In this document: one piece after another, positions 57,398 through 64,000 of the stretch
Numbering within the stretch: position 1 is the stretch's first letter
How the letters are laid out: each line of letters starts with the position of its first letter
NCBI GenBank assembly: GCA_035472395.1
Contig: DATIPC010000098.1
Span: 11,631-75,630, forward strand
Direction: 5' to 3'
DNA length: 64,000 nucleotides
From: Solirubrobacterales bacterium
GTDB taxonomy: Bacteria > Actinomycetota > Thermoleophilia > Solirubrobacterales > 70-9
Notes under the pieces: generated by a model
Database searches by the model: none
Told to the model about the DNA's origin: nothing
Seen by the model: the letters and a program-made list of their open reading frames with translations, nothing else
Position numbers and translations under genes: made by a program

Positions 57398-58630
57398 CTA
57401 GGAGATCTCGCCCAGATCGCTGTCGGTGTCCGCGATCCGGTCGCGGGCAGCGGAGACGTCGACGCCGCCGGCGAGCAGGCGGCGGGCCTCGGCGAGGTCT
57501 TCGGAGCGGCCGACGCTGAGCGCGCCGGCCACGCGGCCGTCCTTCAGGTACCAGACCGAGAACTCGCCGCCGTCGCGATCGCCGCGCCAGATCTCCTCAT
57601 CCCATTCCGCTGCCGGTCCGACGTACTCCAGGCTCGCCCAGTCGGCGAGGTCACTGAAGAAGTAGGGAACGACGTCGTAGTCGAGGTCTTCGCCGATCAT
57701 GTTGCGGGCGGCGTGCATCCCCTGCTGCATCGCCACATCCCAGTGCTCGACCCGGATCCGCCGCCCGTGGACGACGCTGTCGTAGGAGCAGCAATCTCCG
57801 GCGGCGTAGATCCCCTCGACCGAGGTGGCGAGCTTCGAGTCGCAGACGATTCCATCCTCGACCTCGAGCCCGGCGCGCTGGGCGAGCATCGCGTCCGGCC
57901 TGACCCCGGCGCCAACAACGACCGCGTCGCACTCGATCGCCAAGCCGCTCTTGGTCAGCACCGCCTTGACCCGACCGTCTCCCTCGAAGGCATCCAACTC
58001 CTCGCCGCCGTGGACGGTGACGCCGTGCGATTCGATCGTCTCCTGGAACCAGCGGCCGGCGTCGTCGCCAAAGACCCGCGAGAGCGCCACGTCCTCCATC
58101 ATCACGATCGTGCACTTGACGCCCTTCGCGGTCAGCGAAGCGGCGACCTCGGTGCCGATGTAGCTGCCGCCGATCAGCACCACGTGCTCGGCCGCCTCGG
58201 CGTCGGCCCGGATCGCATCGGAGTTGCCGAAGGCGCGCAGGTAGTGGATGCCCTCGTTCTCGGCCCCCTCGACCCGCAGGATGTTGACCATCGCCCCGGT
58301 GGCGAGCAGCGCCTTGCCGAAGCCGACCTCCTCCCCACCCTGCAGCTTCACGGTCCGCTCCGCCGGGTCGAGCGACATCACATTGGTGCCGGTCAGCAGC
58401 TCGACCCCGTTCTCCTCGTACCAGCCGGCCGGGTTGACGTGGGCGTCCTTGCGCTCGGCCTCGCCGCGCATGTACTCCTTCGAGAGCGGAGGTCGTTCGT
58501 AGGGTGGCTCGGGCTCGCGGCCGGCCAGCAGGATCGACCCCTCGGCGCCGCGCTTGCGAAGCTCGGCAGCGCAATGCGCTGAGGCCATGCCGCCGCCGAC
58601 CAGGAGGAAGTCGACTTCGCGGTCGGCCAC
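57398..58630 (-). CDS. FAD/NAD(P)-dependent oxidoreductase (ferredoxin reductase / AIF-like)
   Basis: 410 aa. FLLVGGGMASAHCA, VVLIGGSYIGTEVA, YAAGDC. Confidence 0.85.
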   Translation of the reverse strand: MADREVDFLLVGGGMASAHCAAELRKRGAEGSILLAGREPEPPYERPPLSKEYMRGEAERKDAHVNPAGWYEENGVELLTGTNVMSLDPAERTVKLQGGEEVGFGKALLATGAMVNILRVEGAENEGIHYLRAFGNSDAIRADAEAAEHVVLIGGSYIGTEVAASLTAKGVKCTIVMMEDVALSRVFGDDAGRWFQETIESHGVTVHGGEELDAFEGDGRVKAVLTKSGLAIECDAVVVGAGVRPDAMLAQRAGLEVEDGIVCDSKLATSVEGIYAAGDCCSYDSVVHGRRIRVEHWDVAMQQGMHAARNMIGEDLDYDVVPYFFSDLADWASLEYVGPAAEWDEEIWRGDRDGGEFSVWYLKDGRVAGALSVGRSEDLAEARRLLAGGVDVSAARDRIADTDSDLGEIS

Positions 58631-58633
58631 CGC

Positions 58634-59314
58634 TCAGCCCGTCCCGTTACCGCCGGCAGCCGGCCCGAACAGCTCCTTGAGGTCGTCCTCGCGGCCCGGG
58701 TCGAGCACGGCGAGCACCTCGTCGCCGGCCTCGAGCACAGTGTCGGCGTTGGGCACGAAGCCCTTGCCTTCGCGCAGCACCGAGATCAGCAGGCTGCCTT
58801 CGGGCATCGAGAGGTCGCCGACGCGGCGCCCGGTGACGCTCGAGTCCTTGCCGAGCAGCATCTCGATGATCTCCAGCTGCTCCTCCTGCAGGTCGAGCAG
58901 GTGGACGAGGCCATACTCGGGAACCTCGTGCTCGAGCAGGCGCAGGATCAGATCGGTGGCGGAGACCGACGGCTTCACCCCGAGCAGGTCGAAGTGCGGC
59001 CGGTTGCGCGGGTTGTTGACCCGGGCGATGATCCGTTCGACCTCGTACTTCTCGCGGGCGACCTGGCAGATCAGCATGTTGTCCTCGTCGTCGCCGGTCA
59101 CGGCGATCACCATGTCGGCCCGCTGGATCCCGGCCCGCTCCAGCACCCAGAGCTCTGAGGCGTCGCCGTAGGTGACGTTGTGCTCGAGCTCTTGCTCAAC
59201 GGTCAGGTAGCGGCGCCTGTTGCTCTCGATCACCGTCACCTCGTGGTTCTTTTCGAGCAGCTCGCGGGCCAGGTTCCAGCCGACCTTCCCCGCCCCGACC
59301 ACGATGATGTACAT
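58634..59314 (-). CDS. TrkA-type K+ transport regulatory protein (RCK N + C domains)
   Basis: MYIIVVGAGKVGWNLARELL. Start trimmed to ATG 59314, just after the upstream stop. Confidence 0.85.
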   Translation of the reverse strand: MYIIVVGAGKVGWNLARELLEKNHEVTVIESNRRRYLTVEQELEHNVTYGDASELWVLERAGIQRADMVIAVTGDDEDNMLICQVAREKYEVERIIARVNNPRNRPHFDLLGVKPSVSATDLILRLLEHEVPEYGLVHLLDLQEEQLEIIEMLLGKDSSVTGRRVGDLSMPEGSLLISVLREGKGFVPNADTVLEAGDEVLAVLDPGREDDLKELFGPAAGGNGTG

Positions 59315-59316
59315 GC

Positions 59317-59757
59317 TCACGCCACCTCGCGCTGGGCGCCCTCGCGGACGGCGCTCTCGAGCATGTCGATCGCGACCCTGGTCGGGCAGATCGTGTGCAT
59401 GCCCTGCTGCCGGTACCACTCGGCCCGGAGCGGGTCGAGGATCCGCGCGATCACCGTCGGCACCTCATAGCGGCGCTGGGCGATCTGGGCGATCACGATG
59501 TTCGTGTTGTCGCCGTTGGTGGCGGCGATGAAGGCGTCGGCTTTCTCGATCCCAGCGGCAAGCAGGGCGTCGGTCTCGAGGCCGGTGCCGACCGTGAAGC
59601 GGCCGCCGAGGTCCTCCCAACCCTTGTCGAGACCGACCTCGAGGCGGGTGTGGGCCTCGGGGTCCTCGTCGAGGCAGGAGACCTCGTGGCCCTCGCTCAG
59701 CATCGAACGGGCTACGGACGAGCCGACCCGCCCGCAACCAACGATCAGAATGAACAC
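59317..59757 (-). CDS. TrkA-N (RCK N-terminal) domain protein
   Basis: MFILIVGCGRVGSSVARSML. Confidence 0.85.
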   Translation of the reverse strand: MFILIVGCGRVGSSVARSMLSEGHEVSCLDEDPEAHTRLEVGLDKGWEDLGGRFTVGTGLETDALLAAGIEKADAFIAATNGDNTNIVIAQIAQRRYEVPTVIARILDPLRAEWYRQQGMHTICPTRVAIDMLESAVREGAQREVA

Positions 59758-59777
59758 GTCTTCACCACGGGTGGAGT

Positions 59778-61820
59778 CTAGTCAGCGGCGGCCGGCACGG
59801 GCTCCGGCTCAGCGGGGGTCTCTGGGGGCGCCGTGAGCAGGACCTGGCAAGGCGCTTTCTTGAGCACGTACTCGGTCGCAGCGCCGATCTCGGCCGGTTT
59901 GGCTGCGCCGATCCCGCCGAGCTTCGCACCGCCGCGGATCTTGCTCGGCGGCTCGGCCCCGACCACGATCGCTTCGACGCCGCCGCGCCGGGCTGCCTCG
60001 ACTATTCCAGCGCCTACCTTGCGCGCCCTCGTCACCGACGCGGTCACTTTGACGTCCTCGTACTCTTCGCCGACTTCGCGGGCGCGCTCGATCGCGTGCA
60101 GCGCCTCCTGCTCCCGCTCCGGCGGCAGCTCGGCGTCGAGCGGCAGGGTCAACGGCACCTCGAGCACGTAGACGATGGCGAGGTGGGTCTCGTCGACCTC
60201 CCCGCCTCCCTCCTGCTCAGCAGCAGCCAGCCGCCCCGCGGTGGCGACGATGTCGTCGTCGAGCTCGGTCCCGAACACCGGCACGAGGATGTTGCCGTAT
60301 TCGACGTTGGGCGCCCGCTTGGTCAAAGCCCTCTCGGTGACCTGGACGCGCCGGGTGAGCGTCGTCCCCTCGAAGACCTTGCGGTAGACGACGTAGAAGA
60401 TCAGGCCAAACAGCATCCAACCGCCGCCGACCCAGCGCGCCCGGTCGTGGAAGGCGAGGACGCTGAGGAAGGCGAGGACGCTGAGCAGGGCGGCGAAGAG
60501 CGTCGGCAGGGGAAGCTGCGCCCCGCGCCAGGAGACGCTCCAGGGAACTCGGAAGGGGCGGGTCCGGTCGGGTTCGGTGACGCGCAGCCGCAGGATCGAG
60601 AGGTGGGCGATCGTGATCGCCAACATCGCCCCGAACGCGTAGAGCCCGGCCAGCAGCTTGACGTCGGTCGGTGCGACAAGGCCGATCGCGATCAGTCCGG
60701 AGAGCCCGATCGCCACGTGCGGGGTCGCGTAGCGACTGTTGAGCTTGCCCAGCCAACTGGGGATCTGGCGGTTGATCGCCAGCGTGTAGATATGGCGGGA
60801 GACGCCGAGCATCGCGGTCGTCGCCGCCCAGAACAGGACCGGGGCCGCAACCAGGGCCACGACCCAGCGCATCGTGTCCGCCACCCAGGCCGGGTGGTAG
60901 GCGGAGACCACCCCCAGCACCGGCGCCTCGACGAATTCGCCGCCCAGCGCGGTTTCCGGCCCCTGCGGACCGGCGACGACCGGCACCGCCATCAGCGCGA
61001 TCGCAGCCATCCCGGCGTAGACGAGCGGCACCGCGACGGCGCCAACGGAGACGATCCGCTTCAGGTCGCGCGGTTTGACGTCGATGTCGGGCGCCAGGTC
61101 GGAGGCGGCCTCGATTCCGGCGTAGGCCAGCATCGCGATCACCGAGGCGTAGACGATGTCCTTGATGCTGGGATTGGTGAAGAGGTCGATCTGGTCGGTG
61201 AGGCGATCGGGGTGAAGGACGGCGAGCGCACCGACCCCGATCACAGCGAGCTGGAGGGCGATGTCGGCGAGGGCCAGCACGCTGAGCGTGCGCGCCCGCC
61301 CGCGGCCGGTGACGTTGAGGATGTTGAGCGCGCAGGCGGCGACGATCACCAACCCGGCGACACCGATCTCCCAGCCCGGCTCGGAGAGGTCGTGTGAGAT
61401 CGGCTCGAGGTAATGCGGGACCGAGATCGCCGCCAGCGCAGCGACGATCAGGTAGTCGATCAGGATCGCCCAGCCGGCGATGAAGGCGATCAGCTCGTTG
61501 AAGGCGTGGCGGGCGAAGCTCGACGAGCCGCCCCGCTCGCGGATCATCGCGCCGCCCTCGACGTAGCTGAGCGTGGTCAGCACGAAGAGCAGCCCCGCGG
61601 CAAGGAAGATCAGCGGGGTCAGGCCGAGGCCGCGGTCGGCGACGACGCCGAGCGAGAAGTAGATCGAGAAGCCGACCGCGGAATAGACGGCGACGAAGAG
61701 GCCGGGGACGCCTAGGCCGCGGTTCAGCAGGGGTTCTATGCGGGGACGTTGCTCGGGCTGCTCATTGGGGGCGTCGGCCGCGGGTCCTGGCGCGGGGGGA
61801 GGGGGGGTTAGCGGACTCAC
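59778..61820 (-). CDS. APC-superfamily permease fused to a C-terminal universal stress protein (USP) domain
   Basis: About 12 TM helices (GGSSSFARHAFNE), then a USP-like tail (NILVPVFGTELDD...KAPCQVLL). Start is GTG 61820 (GTGA overlap) or GTG 61850. Confidence 0.85.
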   Translation of the reverse strand: MSPLTPPPPAPGPAADAPNEQPEQRPRIEPLLNRGLGVPGLFVAVYSAVGFSIYFSLGVVADRGLGLTPLIFLAAGLLFVLTTLSYVEGGAMIRERGGSSSFARHAFNELIAFIAGWAILIDYLIVAALAAISVPHYLEPISHDLSEPGWEIGVAGLVIVAACALNILNVTGRGRARTLSVLALADIALQLAVIGVGALAVLHPDRLTDQIDLFTNPSIKDIVYASVIAMLAYAGIEAASDLAPDIDVKPRDLKRIVSVGAVAVPLVYAGMAAIALMAVPVVAGPQGPETALGGEFVEAPVLGVVSAYHPAWVADTMRWVVALVAAPVLFWAATTAMLGVSRHIYTLAINRQIPSWLGKLNSRYATPHVAIGLSGLIAIGLVAPTDVKLLAGLYAFGAMLAITIAHLSILRLRVTEPDRTRPFRVPWSVSWRGAQLPLPTLFAALLSVLAFLSVLAFHDRARWVGGGWMLFGLIFYVVYRKVFEGTTLTRRVQVTERALTKRAPNVEYGNILVPVFGTELDDDIVATAGRLAAAEQEGGGEVDETHLAIVYVLEVPLTLPLDAELPPEREQEALHAIERAREVGEEYEDVKVTASVTRARKVGAGIVEAARRGGVEAIVVGAEPPSKIRGGAKLGGIGAAKPAEIGAATEYVLKKAPCQVLLTAPPETPAEPEPVPAAAD

Positions 61821-61849
61821 CCGTCCGAACCCCCCCTCCCCCCGCGCCA
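61788..61849 (-). promoter_or_regulatory. 22-bp perfect inverted repeat (+5 bp inner helix) made of G6/G7 and C7/C6 runs; loop carries GTGA
   Basis: Read directly: 61788-61809 is the exact reverse complement of 61828-61849. Inner CGGAC/GTCCG. Loop at 61817-61822. Confidence 0.75.
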
Positions 61850-62041
61850 CCCGCGGAAGGTGCCACTGAGCCAGAGACGCGCTACGCCTACGGTCAGAAA
61901 CGCGACCCCGAGAAGGGTTCCCAGCGAGATCGGGCCGCCGCCGTGGGCGAAGGTGCTGATGAGGATCAGCAGGCCCAAGCCGATGAAGGCAAGAGACAGG
62001 GCGCGGATCGAGCCGCGGTAGATCCGCTCGGGCGAGGACAT
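61817..62041 (-). CDS. 74-aa two-TM membrane protein
   Basis: ATG 10 nt after the stop of the upstream permease. Two hydrophobic helices. Gly/Arg tail encoded by the G-run arm. Confidence 0.5.
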   Translation of the reverse strand: MSSPERIYRGSIRALSLAFIGLGLLILISTFAHGGGPISLGTLLGVAFLTVGVARLWLSGTFRGWRGGRGGSDG

Positions 62042-62051
62042 CGCGGCGATT

Positions 62052-63947
62052 CTAGGCCAGGACAGGCGGGGTCTCGGAAGCCTGTCCGCTCCTGTCGGAA
62101 ACGACGATGACGCGACAGGGTCGCTCGCTCAGAACCGTCTGCAGGGTCTTGTCGTAGAGCGGCGCGCCGTTGCGGTAGCGCAGGCCGACGACCATCGCGG
62201 CGGCATTGATCAGCTTCGCCTCGTCGGAGATCGAGTAGCCGGCCTGCGCCGGCCGCACCCTCTCGACGTGACCGGTGACCCGCTGCCCGCCGATCAGCTT
62301 CGCCTGCTCCACCTTGCTCTGCGCCTCGGCTTCCTGGTCGCGCAGCTCGGCGTCGAGCGGCAGGTCGGTCGGCACGATCAGCATCGAGTGGATGTGAACG
62401 CCGCGACGGCGCTTGGAGGCGAGCTTGACCGCGGTCGCGACCATCTCCTCGGAAAACGGCTCCCCGTCCTCGAAGGCGACGAGGATGCTGCGGTACTCGA
62501 TCTCCTCCACCCCGAGTGGCTCCGGCGTGACGACTTTGACCGTCTCGGTAAGCGGCAGTTTCTGATTGCGGCGGTAGAGGACGTAGACGACGATCCCGAA
62601 CGCCATCCAGCCGGCTCCGACGGCGAGCGTACGCGGGTTGAGCGCCATCACAACGACCCAGGCGGCGAAGGTGCCGAGACCGCCGAGCACCGCGGTCAGC
62701 GGCACCTCGAAGCCGAAAGCGTGGAAGTTGAGTGGCGGCTTCCAGGGCCGCTCCTCCTCCGATTTTCGCCGCCGCAGCTGGATCACCGAGACGTGCGCGA
62801 TCGTGAAGGAGAGCATCGCGCCGAACGAGTACAGCGTCGCCAGGAATTCGGCCTGGCCCGGAATCAGGGTGATCATCGCCAGGCCGGCGAAGACCATGAT
62901 CGCGATATAGGGGGTGCGGTAGCGGGGGTGGACCTGGCGCAGCCCCTCGGGCAACTGGCGGTGCTGTCCCATCGAGTAGGTGAGCCGGGAGACGCCGATC
63001 AGGCCGGCATTGGTGGCGATCAGGAGGATCACCGCGGCGAGGATGCCGACGTAGAAGCGCAGCGCTTCGGTCAGGCCGCTGCCAAGGCCGAGGTTCTCGA
63101 CGATGCCGAGGATCGGGTCGTTGGCGAACTCGGAGCCAAGCGCGGTCGTGTAGTGGCCGGCTGCGTCTTGGACGACCGGCATCGCCGACAGCGCCACGAT
63201 TGGAATCAGCAGGTAGAGGCCGAGCACGGCAGCGACCGTGAGGCCGACGCTGCGCGGGATCGTCCGCGCCGCGTCCTTGGCCTCCTCGGCCATGTTGGAG
63301 ATCGTCTCGATCCCGGTGTAGGCGATCATCGCGACCGCGACCCCCAGCGCAAAGTCCGACCAGGTCGGAGCTACGCCGAGGTGGATGTTGTCGATCAGCA
63401 CCTGCGGGCTGAGCACCAGCACGACGCCGATCCCGACCAGCACGACCTGGGTGCCCAGATCGGCGACGGCGAGGATCAGGTTCAGTTTGGCCGACTCCTG
63501 CGAGCCACGGATGTTGAGCAGGGCCAGAGCCCCGATCAGGACAGCACCGCCGATGATGTCGCCTGGAGCGTGACCGAGCGGCTCCCAGAAGACGGCCAGG
63601 TAGTGGGGCACGAAGTAGGCCGAGATCGCGACCGTGATCGTGTAGTTGAGCATCTGCCCCCAGGCGGCAACGAAGCTGACCAGCTCGTTGAAGGCGTGGC
63701 GGGCGAAGCTCGACGACCCCCCCGCCTCTGGGTACATCACGGTCGCCTCGGCGTAGGTCGCAGCGGTCGCGGCGAAGATCAGGCCGGAGATGACGAAGGC
63801 GACCGGGGTGAGGCCGAGGGCGAAGGCCGCGGTGACGCCGAGGGCGTAGTAGATCGAGGAGCCGACGTTGCCGTAGGCGGCCGAGAACAGGGCGCCGACG
63901 CCGTGAACGCGGCTCAGCGATTCGTCTCTGGGTATGCGCTGGGCCAT
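62052..63947 (-). CDS. APC-superfamily permease fused to a C-terminal USP domain (paralogue)
   Basis: 631 aa with the same architecture as 59778..61820 (GGSSSFARHAFNE..., SILVAFEDGEPFS...ERPCRVIVV). Confidence 0.85.
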   Translation of the reverse strand: MAQRIPRDESLSRVHGVGALFSAAYGNVGSSIYYALGVTAAFALGLTPVAFVISGLIFAATAATYAEATVMYPEAGGSSSFARHAFNELVSFVAAWGQMLNYTITVAISAYFVPHYLAVFWEPLGHAPGDIIGGAVLIGALALLNIRGSQESAKLNLILAVADLGTQVVLVGIGVVLVLSPQVLIDNIHLGVAPTWSDFALGVAVAMIAYTGIETISNMAEEAKDAARTIPRSVGLTVAAVLGLYLLIPIVALSAMPVVQDAAGHYTTALGSEFANDPILGIVENLGLGSGLTEALRFYVGILAAVILLIATNAGLIGVSRLTYSMGQHRQLPEGLRQVHPRYRTPYIAIMVFAGLAMITLIPGQAEFLATLYSFGAMLSFTIAHVSVIQLRRRKSEEERPWKPPLNFHAFGFEVPLTAVLGGLGTFAAWVVVMALNPRTLAVGAGWMAFGIVVYVLYRRNQKLPLTETVKVVTPEPLGVEEIEYRSILVAFEDGEPFSEEMVATAVKLASKRRRGVHIHSMLIVPTDLPLDAELRDQEAEAQSKVEQAKLIGGQRVTGHVERVRPAQAGYSISDEAKLINAAAMVVGLRYRNGAPLYDKTLQTVLSERPCRVIVVSDRSGQASETPPVLA

Positions 63948-64000
63948 TTGGAGGCGGCGGTGGGCGTTCGCTCAGACCGAATATACGGACGACGCCGGGG

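Noticed and set aside
61790-61809. G-quadruplex formation by the G6-A-G7 tract
   Set aside because: There are only two G-runs on the strand, so a canonical four-run G4 is not available. The perfect complementary C-rich arm makes a duplex hairpin the far simpler interpretation.

Overview
High-GC (about 70% by eye) chromosomal core segment of actinobacterial type. It is densely packed with housekeeping genes, mostly on the minus strand, and many neighbours are joined by ATGA/GTGA stop-start overlaps. Three blocks keep gene orders I remember from Mycobacterium: tlyA-nadK-(MFS)-recN-steA-mctB/steB-like-(GT4-like)-pyrG; nusB-efp ... pepP-aroQ-aroKB-aroC, then aroE-mltG-ruvX-alaS-mnmA; and aspS-hisS. 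The window also holds dxs plus a polyprenyl synthase, two ABC exporter genes, a GH92/GT39/GtrA glycan cluster, a TrkA pair with two APC-USP permeases, tRNA-Met(CAT) and tRNA-Gln(CTG). I recognised no rRNA, CRISPR array, transposase or integrase. All protein calls rest on reading the supplied translations and recalling family motifs; nothing was searched. Features worth a second look: (1) a low-GC three-gene cassette beside efp (antitoxin-like, RelE/ParE-like, and a 313-aa orphan with an R-x4-H motif); (2) a 27-bp G/C-run hairpin holding a GTGA stop/start in its loop between a small membrane ORF and a permease; (3) an essentially ORF-free unit of about 300 nt with a strong promoter and an intrinsic terminator, whose 3' part is a ~60-nt element repeated 3.2 kb away; (4) a second palindromic repeat family with two copies; (5) an IscU-like/MnmA(CxxC) fusion; (6) a short divergent LeuRS-like gene; (7) a Mug-fold protein lacking the catalytic Asn. 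Many long ORFs in the supplied track are antisense or N-terminally over-extended high-GC artefacts and were rejected or trimmed.
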